Below are positions 39,701 to 55,300 of a stretch of 64,000 bases of DNA, piece after piece (position 1 is the stretch's first letter; the number at the start of each line of letters is the position of its first letter). Source of the DNA: Eledone cirrhosa (taxonomy: Eukaryota); NCBI GenBank assembly GCA_964016885.1, contig OZ024740.1:361956001-362020000 (forward strand), in the 5' to 3' direction. The position numbers and the translations under genes were made by a program. The notes beneath the pieces were generated by a model. That model saw nothing but the letters and a program-made list of their open reading frames with translations. It was not told where the DNA came from and made no database searches.

Positions 39701-41410
39701 TTGATCATGGCAAAAACGACTAGGTGCTTTTCGTCTTGTCACCAGCACAACAACCTGATGGAGTGAACTGGGCACTTTTTGTCATGTCACCAGTACAACC
39801 TGGGTTGACTGGGTGCTTTTTATTGTGTCACCATCACTTCTACCTTACAGGATAGACTTGGTCCTTTTGTTGTGGCATTGGATCAGCATACAAGGTGGAA
39901 TTAGTGTTTTTTGTTGTCATGTCAACAGCAATGTGGGAGATTAGATGTAGAGCATGTCCAGCTTTCATGCTTGTATGTGTGGATGGGCAGAAGTGTGGCA
40001 AGAGTGAGGGTTTGGAGTGTATGCAAGTGAGCAAGTTCAACATGGATGAGATACGTAGAATATTTAGCTGGTGAGGACAGGGTTTTAAGATTGTCGAATG
40101 AATGGGAGTGGAGAGAAGATTGGTGCAGACTAGTGTGTCTTCTACATGTTTTTTTTTATTTTGTGCACATGGGAAAGGCAGGTCTTCTGCAGTACAGTAT
40201 GATGACACAGATCTTGATCCTGTGTTATCTTCTTTGTGAGATTTAATTGGGCCAGGTCAGCTTCTGTAGTTTCCAGCACCTTTTTATACAGCAGTCATCC
40301 TCTATATGTATCACATGTCCATATCATCAGTCTCCTCTTCTGCACACCACAACTGACCCCGCTTATGTTTAGTTCCCTCTCAGTTTTTCAACACTTTGTC
40401 ATTCATACACACTATTATTACACATCCATGCAAGCTTCATTTCTTTCCATACAATGCCCTGGTCTCTTTCCGTGCAACATTGCTGCTCATACTCAAGAGT
40501 CATACAATCTGCCATTCATTTTGAGGGAAAAACCTTTTGTAGCTCGCAGAGATAATAGCTCCCTAAACTTTTTCCATCCTGTAGTTACTCTGGCTATTGT
40601 ACTTTCAGAACATGCACTTCCATTGCTAATTTGGTAACATACATGTTGATAAACACAGATTCACTCACCAGTTTCACCCTTTTATTACTATATATCTAAC
40701 AAAAATCACTGCCTATGTATTTCAACCAATTATGAAAATAATAAAGAAACTAGAGGGAATCAGCTATATAGCTAACTCATTATTAAGCCGGTGTTTGAAA
40801 AATAACAAAGATTCATACATAAAACTATGATGATTGGCTCTCAGGCAAATACAAAAACATTAAAAGAAACAGTTTTGTAATTTTGGTCAAGTTGAGGTTA
40901 ATTTTTTTTTATACCAAACATCCTGAAACCATTCTTGGTTCTGTGATACAAAACTGATTTAAAATGTTTACCTTCATCAACCACCCCACCACATCACAAC
41001 TTTATAAGGACAAGGACCTTTGTTAAATCATATTCCAAACACCAGTCTATATATACTATAGACTCTATAGATAATGAAATAAGTTATATTACCAAATCCC
41101 TTCAAATACCTAAGCACCTTCAAAACTAATCGAAAATCATAGGCAACATCTCTCATCAGAAATAAGGTAAAGAAAGGCTAAGAAGGAAGCAGATAGATTG
41201 AAGTTGTAGGCCAATTCCCTCATAGACCAGAGATGTGGGCCAATTCTATCATAGATCAGTGAACTAGTGGGCTAATTCCCTCACAGATCAGTGAAGAAGT
41301 GGGCCAATGCCATTATAGATATCAGTGAAGATGTGGGTGAATTCCCTCATCGATACCAGTGAAAATATAGATATCAGATGAATGTATACATGTACGTATG
41401 TATGTATGTA

Positions 41411-41479
<69 letters not shown>

Positions 41480-41665
41480 CTGTTCTATATTGTTAAAAAG
41501 CAAGCTACTAACCTCAAGATTCCGAGTACAATTCTAGGCAGTGACCTGAACAAACGTTAATAATAACATCACTAGGACACCTGATGAAGGCTGGAGAGTA
41601 CATCAGCCGAAACATTGTGTTAACAAAACCAGATGAGGACACCTATCCGTCCAATATATATAATG

Positions 41666-41721
<56 letters not shown>

Positions 41722-44583
41722 TGTGTGTGTGTGTTTATATATATGTATGTGTGTATGTAATAATAATAATAATAAAGAGCCGGATCATTTTATCATGTGC
41801 ATTTTGTCCAGGCACCAGCAATAGAGAGATTGTCATATCTTTGACACAACTGGAGGCTCTTCCCAAACTTTTGTCTGGCAAGCTTTCTATGGCTGGATGT
41901 TCTTCCTATTACCAACCACTATACAGCATGTACTGGGTGTGTTTATCATGTAGATCACCAACACTAGGGAGGCTGTCATGTCCTTGACACAACTGAAGGG
42001 TCCTCCCAACCATTTGTTTAGGAAGCTTTCTATGGCTGGGTGCCCTTTTAATCCCCAACCACTTTACAGTGTGTACTGGATGTGTTTATTGAGTAGATCA
42101 CCACTAGAGAGGTTGCTGTGTCATTGACACAATTGGAAAGCCCTCTTAACCTTTCTAGTCATGGTTTCACAGCCAGGTGCCCTTACTGTTGTCAACCACC
42201 TTATAACATGTACCAGGTGCAACATCGCTAGAGAAGTTGTTGCTCATAGTCTCAACTGAAGAGCCCTCTTTTCTCTTTGGGGTGGGCAATAGGGGAGTAA
42301 GATAGGTATGAGGTTATAAGTGTATGTGGTGATTTGGTTGGATGATGAGTAAAGGGAAAGGGTGGCTGATAGTGTATTGGGAAAAGGGATCTAGTGGTGC
42401 AGGTGTGTGTGTGGATGGTGTGGTAATTAGAAGGCAAGAGGGGGCAGAGATGGAGACATATGTATGAAGTGGTAGTGGGGGGGGGGATGCACAGGTGGTA
42501 GAAAAAGTAGCTATTAAGGTGCAATAGTGAGCTTATATAATGGCTATAGAGGGGGAAGTAGCTAACGAGTGGTAACCAAGAGGCATGGGTGGTAGGTGCA
42601 ATGGTAGTGAGGATAGCAGCTGGGGAGTTCAAGTGAAAGGGCGATTGACATGGATGGGTCAGGTCACATTGTATGCCCGTGGTTGCTTTATCACAGCATA
42701 GCACCAGCCCTTTTGATCCTTTGTCATCTCAGTTGTGAGGCTTAGTTTCTTAAGGTCACTTTTCACTACCTCATCCTAAATCTTCCTGGGTGTGCCTTTT
42801 CCACAGGTTCCATCCATTGGGATTTCTCTGCATTTCTTTATGCAGCTGCTACCCTCCATACACATCACATGTCCTTACCAACACAGTCTTTCTTGCACAC
42901 TACATTCAATTACTCTTATGCTGAGTTTTCCTTTCTGTTCACTCATGCTATGTTATTTAACATTACACAGCTGTCAGAGCATACTCGCTTTATTTATTTC
43001 CAGCTTTTGCAGGTCTTCTGCAGTTATGCCCCATGTTTCACATTTCAGTTTGCATGCATGCATCATGCAGTCTAATCTTCACTCAGAGAGAAGCCCTTTG
43101 TTGCCAGTAGAGGTATCAGCTCTCTAACCTTCTTCCAGCTAGGTCTGACCCTGGCTATCTTACATTCAGTACATTCTCTCCCACTGCTAACTTGATTGCC
43201 TAAGTAACAAAAGCTGCCAACAACTTCTAAAGAGCTTCCCTATTAACTGCCTGCAATCCTGCTGCATCTCTTGTGTATCCTTAGATTACACTGTGTACAC
43301 CTTATAGAATTTCTGCCCACCTCTTTCTGACATATTGAACAAGGCCATTTCCTTGATGATATCACCCCTATCCTCTTTCCTACTTAATAACACTTTGGTC
43401 TTTGCTAAGTTTACATTTGGGCCTTTCAACTCTAGTTTCTTCTTCCTTGCTTGAACTTACTCTTAGCTAAGTACCTCTCCTGTAGTTGTCTCATCAGAAA
43501 GAGGGCATTGGTAGTAGTACTCCTGCCTGACATAAATCCAAACTGTATCTCAGTCTCAAATTAGTTGTGCTATAACCCTTTCAGTAACTTTCATGACCTG
43601 GTTCATCAACTTGATACCTCTGTAGTTACTTCGCTCTAGTGCATCCTTTTTCTGTGCCACTCATTAGGTATGACCCCATTCTGTACTACTTGATTAACTA
43701 TGTGTCTGACTAGCATATATCCTAACATGCCAGATGCTTTTAGCATCTTACCAACTATACCAGATGGTCCAGCTGCCTTCATGTCTTGAATTGCTTTATC
43801 TACCACACTTTTGTCAACTTTTATAGCTGGTCTCTCAGTTAGGTCTACATGGAGTAGGCCCTCAGTGTCCCATTTATTCATCAGTCTCTCATCGTCTTCC
43901 ATGCTGCCTTCTTTTCAGCATCAGACAGGTCAAGTGCTCCACTATCATTTCAAATACACTTTTCCCCAACCACACCACAATTTTCTCTAGCACACAGTCT
44001 CACAATCAAAAATACTTCACACCTCTGATCATTATGATGCAAAAGACAAAGAAACTAATGTTTTTCCCATTACCATATTTTTAATGAAAGACGCTGTCCT
44101 CTATGGTTTTCAAATATTTTTTTAAATAATAAAATATTTGGGAGGGATTTAGTGTAATATAACTAAGTTTCTCATTATTAAGTTGGTGTTTGGAACATAA
44201 CTTAACAAAAGTTCTTACATAAAATTATGATGGAAGGTTTTAGATAAATATACACCAATACCATCACCAACAACACCATCACTACCACCACCATCACCAT
44301 CAGAACCAACACCATCACCACCATCAACAACTCTATCACCACCATCTCCATCAAAACCATCAACACCAACCACCTACAACACCATCACTACCACCACTAC
44401 CACCAACACTACCACTGTAAACCAGTTCCACAATCATTTTGACACCAAGAAATAAATGATAAATATAAAGTGAACTTAATAGCTTTAGTTGTTTGTGTGT
44501 GTGTGTTGTGTTTTATTTTTAAAAATAAATTATGTTAATGAGCATGTGTGCAGTTTAAGTAGAAGAAAGAAGCAAGTGAAACA

Positions 44584-44642
<59 letters not shown>

Positions 44643-47600
44643 AATTTTAGTACAGCATCAACGAAGCTTTTCGTAGCAGCCAAGCTAATGAATGCAGTTT
44701 TGGTGGGCAGCTAAGCACTCAATGGAGAATAAGAGTTATAACATTACGTTTAAACAGCTTTGCAAATCAAATACAGCGACCGATAAACGGGCCACAGTGA
44801 CCATAGCGACGAAAAAAAACTGAACTCAGGAAAAATTCTTGACTGACCTGGACCATCGCGTAGACATTACATGCAACACATAATGTATACCATACAATAT
44901 ACATCACATGCAACATACAACATCTCCGCTAGGTTTCTGTAAATCTAAAATCGACAAAATCCACTTGCAGGGGTTGTAAGTTAATGGCTTTTGACGACAG
45001 AACAAAGGAATTTACTTCGTCAACAAGTTTCTCGTTCTATTCCTCACGGGTGTGTGTTCTAACAGTAAACACCGCAGAGGCACATGATTTTCCCAAAGGG
45101 AGGTAACCCCCGTTTTGGCGGTCAATTCGAAATTTGGAACAAAGGAATAAAATTCCCTTAGACAAACCGAATTAAGCACTCAACTAGAAGTTATCAAACA
45201 AACATAAACAATTATCAATCAATAGAATTGTCTAATTAAATTAATCAATTAATCGTTAATTCTAGGAGTTAATATATATATATATATATATATTGTCTAA
45301 AATGTAAAGACACTTTTTGCTACTATAGCAAACTGATATGGTTTTTTTTATTGTACTGTGTTATTTGTTTTGTTATTTCTGTTTACTTTTTGCATACACA
45401 CACACACTCACACACATATCGTCATCATCATCATTGCTTTTACATCCGTTTTTCCATGCTTGCATGGGTTGGATGGGTCTTTCTCAGTACATCATCTCTC
45501 CACTAGCCATGTTTATTTGTCATCTCTTCTGTGCGCCTCAGTGATTTGAGATCAGCTCTCACCTGCCATGTCTTCAGCCATTAGTCATCATTCATACTCA
45601 TCACATGTTTGTAATAATGTAGTCTTCTCTCTTGCTGACTACCTTGGATTCCTCTGAAACCCAGTTTCTCCTTCAGTTCATCCAAGCTCCGCCTTTCTCT
45701 TATGTTTATATCTTCTTCTTCACCCACTTATTCCTGAGAGGGTCATGAAGGCAGAGTGCTCAAACACTCCTTCCAGTTGGTCCTGTCAGCTGCAACTGTC
45801 TCCAACTGATCCAGTTAGACCCCCAAGCAAGAACAGTCAAGCTCATGGATGTTATCCAACCATCTTGCTTGGGGTCTACCCCTGGGTCTCCCGCTGGCTG
45901 GTTTTGCCCATAAAATCTATCTAGCGATTCTTTCCTGAGAGATTCTAACCACATGCCCATAGTATTGGAACTGTGATTTCTCAATTTGGAGAAGTAGCGG
46001 CTCTACCTGGAGTGACTCTCTGATCTCTGAGTTACACAATCTATCAAGTAACGTTACTCCAAATACCCTGGTCGTGCTACTGCGTGTTCATACCCATGCA
46101 TGCATACGTGTGTACCCTTATCTGTGCATGTCATTGTGTGTGTGTGTATGTGTGTGTGTGCATGTGTCAATGTGTACTAATAATTTGCTATCACAAAGTT
46201 CAACTCATGTTAGCAGTAAAAAAGAATGACCCTCCATGTGTGCATATGAAAGGAAATGCATACCCACACACACGCCCCCCCTTCATGCATTCACATACAC
46301 GTGCAAATACATCCACATTAAATGTTCATGGGTATATTTATGGATATATATTCCACATCATACTGGATGTCTTTATATTCAGGTTTTGGTAATTTTTTTG
46401 TGAAGTGAATAAATCATCTGTCTTTCTTTTTTTTTTTTTTTTACAAAATGAAAAATAAAACTCCTGAACATAGTCTGTGTATTATGTTTTCCAAAATAAA
46501 ACCCTTTATTTACAATTATGTTGTGATTTGGTGAGATGGGGAAAGTATATCAAAGTTTTGATTACAATAGCAAACAACAGTTTTGTTGAATTTTAAATGG
46601 TTACTTTATATTATTATGAGAATAAATGAGTTAATCTTTATTTTTCTATTTGGAGATTGCCATTTTACCAATAAAAACACATGCACTATTTGATTTTTAC
46701 TTCATCTTTATTATTAGTTATTTGTTAGATCGTCAAAGCTCTTTTGTCACATGTTTAACTTCCTCAATGACATTTGTACTTCTCCATGTTTCCTCTTCGT
46801 TTTTGTTTTAATCCAAAAAATACATCTTTATTTTTCATTTTGGTTGTCATGTACTACTAATATTTAGCAATAGAAAACTTTTTTCCATAAAAAGGTGTAC
46901 TAATACTAAAGAGAAGTAATCCAGTATAAATCAAATTAATATTTTTAAGTTCAGTAAACATTTCTAAAAATGTGTACTCATATAATATATAACTCTATTA
47001 ATTTTGCTCTTAATCTTTTCAAAACTTCTCATATAATACATGAGAAAATATGGTAAATACAGTTAGATTTATATCTGTGAAAATATAAATTATTATTGTA
47101 CTTAATGTTTTTTAAATTTTAATTTCTATCTCTAGACAAGAAGGCTTGGCACCAAATTTCACTACAAAACCAGCAACTCGCCAAGTTGGTAAAAATCTTG
47201 TGATGGAATGTCAACTCAGTGCAGATCCAAAGCCTACAATTGAATGGTTCCGTGATGACACAAAATTAGCACCAGGAGGTAAGTAACAAAACAATATCTA
47301 AATATTAACTATTTATTTTATTTTATCATGACACTAAATTATGACATATATCTAACACTAAAATATCTCTTTTAGGAGATATACTTTTGAATTTATACCC
47401 TTAACCTCACCATACCCTTCTACAAATATTATCTGCTGCCTGAGTCTATTTGGAAACAGACATGCTGCAGCAAAATACAGTTTAGTTGTATTAACCACAA
47501 AATCTAATGGATCAAACAATTTTCAGTTTAGAGTTATGAAAAGAATTACTAAAAAGTAATACATTCACTATTTGACATGGTGTCTATGGCTGGAATCTCT

Positions 47601-49759
47601 TCATAATGTCAACCCAGTTACAGAGTGTACTGGGTATACTTTATTGGGTGCATTTTATCATTGCACCACTACTCACATTTTACAGAGTGTGGTGGGTGCA
47701 TTTTATCATAGCAGCAGCACTCAAATAGTTGTCATGTTCAGCCAGCTGTCAAGTCCTCTTAAACCCCATATTGTCTCTGCTTGATTGTCAAACATTTACA
47801 GAGTGTACTAGGTGCATTTTATCATGGTACCAGCAGTAGAAAGTTTAACATATGCTCGATTAGGCTGGAGCTTTCTCATAAGCTCTACATTATCTCCATT
47901 CAATTGCTGTCCACTTTATAGAGTTTAGTATTTACAGGGAGCATTTTATCATGACACTAGCACTAGTATAATAATTCAAAATTGAAATGGATTTCAAGAG
48001 GTACTTTTGTGAATAAAATTATTGATGCTAAGAAAAATATCATTTTAAAAAATTGTTTTATTTTCAGGCAACATTACGATGAAAATGGACCCAAAAGGTC
48101 CCAAGGCTTACTCCCTAACATTGGAAATTAAAAATGTTGGCAATGCTGATGCAGGGTCTTATAAAATTGTGGCTAAGAATGATCTTGGAGAGAGCAATGC
48201 TACCATTAAGTTGAACTTTGATAGTAAGTATTTGTTTTCTTCTCAAAACTCACATTTTCATTTTATAATTTTAGTTTTAATTAAGTTAATTAAAATTAAC
48301 TTTCCATGAACTAATTCTGAGTAGGCAATGCATATGTTTTGCATTGAGAAGTCTCATAATCAATTGCAAAGTAGTTATTGCTAAATGCTAAGATGCTCAA
48401 GAAGAGCATAATTTTATATAAGAACTATATGTTAAGTTATTATCTTAGTCATGAAATAATTGATAATTTCTGTAAATCCCCCAAAATTCTTAATTAATTG
48501 AAATAGAGTGTATTTGATTAGAAATATAGTTATTGAAGGGTTAAGAAACAAAACTCATTAAACCATATTATATATACTTACTTTTAACACAGGGGTGATA
48601 TAGTCAATATAATGATCATCAATATTTGACTTATTGACCCCACAAGGATAAATGACAAAGTTGATCTTACCAGGATTTAAACTCAGAACATAAAGAGACA
48701 GAAATAAATACCACAAAGCATATAGCTTGCCACTAACACACTAATACAATATAATGTAATAAAAATCAACTGATTTATGATAATCATTCTCATCTTCTTA
48801 GTTGGACTTTATTTAGCAGTATGACCACAACTCAATGGCTGGAACTAGTAGAGTGATAAAAGAAATGTCTTTATAAATAACACATGAAAACATGTATAAA
48901 GTTGAGTTTTATATAATTAATGCATTAATCATAAATATTTTAACAAGCCTTTTAAGATAAATTGTCCCTGCTTCATGCTCATCATGGAGTCCTTTTTGAA
49001 GTAATGTAATTTAGAATGGATGAAGTTCTTTAACCAAATTTCCACATATATGTATGTTTGTGTGGATGCAGCATGGTCGAATGGTTTGGAGGTCCACTTC
49101 CCGATCATGATGTCCCAGGTTTGGTCCCACTGGATTGCATCTTGGACAAATGTCACTTATCATAGCCACAGGATGACCCATCTCTTGTGAATTGGGGAGA
49201 TGGTAACTGCTTGGAAGCCCATCGAGTGGACTGTACATGTAATTCAAAAGACTAACTTTGTCATGCTAAATCTCTTTGAGAATTAAGTTAAAGGTACACA
49301 TTTCCGTTGGATACACAGCCACTTGAATGTTAATTTCTTGAGCAGGCTGTACTATAGATTGAACAACTGGAACACTCATTTTTGAAACTGATTGAAATCC
49401 ATTGATCAATGTATGTAATGGGTAACAGTAATATCATGAATCAACTAATGAAAGGTTGTCAGATTCTGTTTTTTTTGTAATTTAGATGTATTGTATTTTA
49501 TGAAAATAATTTAGAAATTTACAAGATGTTGCTGCAACATTTAAAAATCATTGTAAAACACAAACTGACTTTTCAATTGAAATGAGACTTCTGCATTATT
49601 ACCATTTTCATTAAATGTTATTTTTATATAATCATGCATCAATCATTATTTATAATTATTTACTATTTCTTAAGATATTTTTATGTTTTTCCTTCACTCA
49701 TTGGTAACACCCCCCCCACCACCACACATACATACATATAATGTTTATATATATATATG

Positions 49760-49801
<42 letters not shown>

Positions 49802-50421
49802 CGTGTTTATATATATATTTGTATAAGTAGAGGACAGTATTTCTTCACACATTATATTGAAAATGTAAATGTGTCTAGTTTGATTACTTTTATAAAGGAT
49901 TTTTCGTATATACTTATTAGTTCATGTTTAATTTGGAACAATGATATTCCTAAATCTGTGTATAAATGTCTCAAAACCCTCATGGCTCCATTTTCAAAAT
50001 CAGAATAGTCATACTAGTGGTGTATTTGTCATGTTGAAAAATCTAAAATCAGACAAACATGATTACCTACTACTATTAATACATGAATGGGCAGTGAATT
50101 GGCAGTATCGGTAGAGGGTTGGACATGCTTTCCAGCATACTTACGTCCCTTTACGATCTGAGTTCAAATCCCACCGAGGTTAGCTTTGCCTTTCATCCTT
50201 ACGGGGTCAATAAAATAAAGTACCAGTAATGTACTGGAATAATTGCTAGCCTTGTGCCAAAAGTAGAAACAACTATTAATACATGACTTATTAAAACATT
50301 AATACATGCATAGATTTAGGAATGCTACTGTTCCAAACTAAGTATAAAGAACCAATAAGAAAATACAAAATATATCAACTGGACCATAGTAATGTTTTCA
50401 ATATAACACACATATATATAC

Positions 50422-50461
<40 letters not shown>

Positions 50462-52267
50462 TAAAAATATCCATTGTGCAGTAGTATGAATGTAATTATA
50501 TATATATTTGAATGAGTATATATATGTATATATTCATTTATGTTCAAATATCTGCATACTTGTCCATCTATATATTATTCTCCTCGTGATGGTTCAATAT
50601 CAGTATAGAAATAATACATGCTGAAACTTAACTATTATTAGGAATTATTTGAATAAAAGTGTGACAGAAAGGGTGATATTTTATATAATTCCAGAGTGAT
50701 GGATTAACTTTAGTATGCATGCTATATACCAACTAAATTTTGGGGAATATATCATATACATGGAATCATATAATTTGTCATTATATTTCATTTCATTCTG
50801 CAACATTAAAAGTGTGCAGTGTTATGACTATAACTTGATATGGTGGATTTAATGAAGGGATTTCTAGAATCAGTTAAAAATGTACTATATATGAATGAAA
50901 TATATTTTTTATTGATTCTTTTCACCACATTCTTTATCTATAAAATATTCCTCTGATGTTCATATTTTAAATAAATGAATTAAATTAATAAAATTGATTA
51001 TGGAGACTACTTCAAAATGAATTTAATTTAAATTTGCTTTTAATAAATGCTTTTCATAAATGTTTGATGTGACTTTAAAAGTTGAAAACCAAGGATATAT
51101 GCATATATCAGGATTTTACCAGTTTTAAACTAGTATGACCATTATTTAACAGGGTACTCATTACTTGGGATAATAGAGTGTGAATATATTAGAGAGGTGG
51201 GGTTTGGTGGCTGAGCTCATGCCATTTCGACAGCAAGCTGTCAAAACGACAAGAGCTCCAACTCTCTAATATATATACATATTTATATATATTATTTACA
51301 TCTTTGACAATATTTTGGAGAAGCAGAAAATGTAACTAGTTTTGTAAGAATCATGTCTTTTTGAAAAAGAATAGTCACTCAGTATTACTGCATTAATGCA
51401 TTGAGCATCTTCTGTTAAATTGTAGTTCACCTCATTAACAGATTAGAAAGGATTATAATGCATTGTGTGAATGTGAATATAGTGGAATATCATTTTCTTT
51501 AGCACTTTAGCATCTACATTACTCTATATTTACTATTATATTTTTATAGTAAAAGGCTTTACCTCACATAATCTCACATAATATTGAATCTATGTGATTT
51601 TGATGTTATTTATTTTGAAAAAAATGCCTTAATATCAGTATGAGCAGCCAGTTATGACCAGTTTGAACAGAAAGAATTAGAGAATTCTGGTCGGATATGG
51701 CCAGTTTAAATGCTAAAGAGTTAAAAAACTTTTAGAAGTAACACAAACATTGCAAATAAAGCTATTCATTTATGAAGTCTCAATGATCAATTTAATTTTG
51801 TTTTATGTAGTTATGTTTTCAATTGGTCATGTAACTATTGATTAATTGATTATTTATTAAAATGGCACATTTCCTTTTTGGCACATTAGTTTCATTTATG
51901 CCAAATCTAAAAATCAAAACCTTCTAAGGTGAGACAAATAATTCAATAACATGGCCAATTGATTTTTATATATTTTTATTAATTTTATTTCATATTTTAG
52001 TATTATGTTGTATATTTTTATATTCTATTTTTATTTATTATTTAATTTCTCATTCCTTAAGTTCAATGCATTTTTAAAGTTTAATTTCAAGTTGATTGCA
52101 TTTTTTTTAGAATGAATTATAAAGTTCTATTAACAATTTTAACATTAGAAAAATTTTGAAAGATTTTTCTTATGTGAATTGTGTTTGTCTAGTCTTTATT
52201 GTTGTCTGTATTGCTGCTTTGATAATGAAGCTGCAACACCTTTAGTATTGCTGAAATAGAGATTTAT

Positions 52268-52346
<79 letters not shown>

Positions 52347-55300
52347 GGTGTTGGATGCTTAGAATATCCGTCGTATGTGGTAGGCTGTTTGAGCACTCGA
52401 TGCTCTCATAGAGCAGAGTATGATATCACTGAAAAAAAGAGAATCAGTGTTGCGACGAATGGACAATCGTTTCTCTGACGACCAGCTCGAAGCACGATCG
52501 ATGTGATGATCGAACGATTGTAATATGTCCAATAAATTCCATTCGTCGCAACACTGATTCTTTTTTTTTTGTGATATATATTCTTCCTTACATAACCCTA
52601 CTTAACAAAATAAATTACACTCCACCATATACAATTACTCAATAACTACAACCAAAATCATCCAGCAATTATATAATACCTTGCCAACAAAAATCTAAAA
52701 CTTATAACCAAGTAAAATACCTACAAAAAATCATAAATGTAACACCTAAAAAAGGCATTAACATAATAAAATGAAAATGAAAACCAATCCACTCTACTAG
52801 TTCTAAAAGGATGAACTTCATCAGGCTGCAAGTACCGTAACATCTCTGGTTTCTGTCGAATTGGGCTACCAGAAAATTAAGAATTATGTATTCTGTAGTG
52901 CACTAAGTACTTAATTATACTAACTACCAGACCAATATATATAAGAGCAGCACTGGCTGTTCTTATGAATTTCTTAAGCCAGAGGTTGGGAACCCTAGAA
53001 ATTAACTGACATTCAATGAGGCTACATTTTAAAAGTAATATTGCCTCACAAAGCCTCAAAGTCTAATTAGAAATGTAAAGAAAGAAATATAGGTAGGGTT
53101 TTCTAGGAGTCATAATTACTTGAAAACTTAGATGTTAAATAAAATGAAATCAACAAAATATACTCCAATGTAAAGATTTGCCTTCAAATGTTGTACTTTT
53201 TTCAGAAGGCCATAAGTTCTCTACCCATCTGTGCTATCAAACAATGGATTTATTGAAACTCACTCATCTGATTATATGTAGTTCCTTAAATATTATATAA
53301 AACTATCACTTAGAAGGTAAGATATGAGTAATCAGTGTCCTGATTCTTGTGTAGAAAAAGGATGGGATTTCTATGTATATTCTGTAAAATGGTTGCTGTT
53401 AGGAAGGGCATCTCAATAGAGAGTTAAGAGAACTTATATATCTTTAAAAATGTGGGAATACATATATACATATCTTCTTTAAATACATCTAAATAAATTT
53501 TTGAAAATTGCAATTCACAAACTGCAATTCCTTAAGACATTGTATCTCAGATTTGTGGAGCACAGTGAATAGGAGTGATCCTGTTGCTCTCTTAGGGGCA
53601 TAAATGAAATGATTTTAAAGAGAAAACTAAGACTAGATAAAATAAAATTTATAAAGAACATAGGCCCGTACCACAGCAACTCTCAAATTTCAAGACAATT
53701 TTGTAATTTCGGTATTTTTCTTTGGACATGGTCAGAATTCAAATAATTAAAAAAATACATAAAGGGAAAAATGACGACTTAAACTAATATAAAAATGCCC
53801 AGCGACTATTATTGTTATTATCAACCCTTCAATATTTCGCAATCTAAAGGTTTTGCAGCTTCCTGGATAGTTTCTTGACATCTACACAAGCAGTCCTTAC
53901 TGCAGATGTTCAATTGAAAAGTATCCTGCTTGATGTATCAGTCTATGTTTGTAATTTGTGTTTTAGGTTTGGGCGCAGAAGCGAAAGGCAAACCTATGTT
54001 CACCAGTAAACCTGCTATCCGACAACTCGGAGAAAAACTAATCATAGAGTGTAAACTAACAGCTGATCCTAAGCCAGATATAACTTGGCAACTCAACGAC
54101 AAAACTTTATCTCAAAATCAGCGGATTAAAATGTTAATCAGATCTCTTGGTAAAAACCATACTATCTCTTTAGAAATCAATAAGGTAGGCAGTGCTGATG
54201 GTGGTGAATATAAGGCTATTGCTAAAAACACTGCTGGTGAATCTACAGCCACCATCAATTTAAACTTTGAAGGTAAGTTTTATTCAGATCAAACAAAAAA
54301 ATCAATCCTATTTTTCTGATCACCACTTTTTATCCTTCTCTCACTAAAGTGCACTTTCTGGCCAGATAAAGCTTTCCTATGGCACAACACTTCACTTTCA
54401 CCTTGATTGATACATTTCTGTGGCACCTCTTTTCTTTATTTCTTTTTTTTTCTAAATAGATATTAAGGCAACAGAAAACAAGTATATTCTTCAACTCTAA
54501 CTCTAAACTTATTTAACTCTCAATCTCTCTATCCCTGTCAATTTTTCAATAAAACTATTAACCTATTTAAATTATTTAAACATCTCTCTTACTTAAATAT
54601 CTTTCAATTTAATGATCTATATATTTATAGATCTGCTTTTATCTCACTGCTTATCTAAATATCTTTATCTATCTACTTAAATATCTATCTATCTATCTAC
54701 CTACCTACCTATCTATTTATCTATCTATCTGACTCTATTTAAATATCTATTTATTTATCTATCTCTATCTATCCATCTTACTATCTATCTACCTACACAC
54801 TTGTACATATGTACACAGACACATACAAATAGTTTTAGGGCTTCATTTTATTACTGGAAAGAGATCAAGGTAATCAGAATTTGAATTTTATTAGTATTTG
54901 GAACCAACACTAAAACATTTTATTGATTTGCTGCTGAAATTTTGAGAATTGGAAAAAGCAATTGAGGTCTGAAAAAACATAGTTGAGATCTCTGAAAAGC
55001 AAATTCTATTGCACTCCATGATTGAGGTCTAAAGAGAGGATCCTATTACACACCAAAATCTGAGTCTGGAAACTTCCAAAGACAATTTAAAGAAATTGTT
55101 CTGTTCATTAAAACAATGATAAATAAAATAAAAATGAAATGTACAGCTTGCACAAATGCAAGTTTAACTGACCTACTAGAAGGTTTTTCAAGTGAAAAGC
55201 AACATGAAATGAAGCTTCTTGCTCAAGAACACCATGTACCACCTGATCCAAGAATCAAATTTACGGTCTAACACTCTAACCACTGCGCCAATCATGTAGT

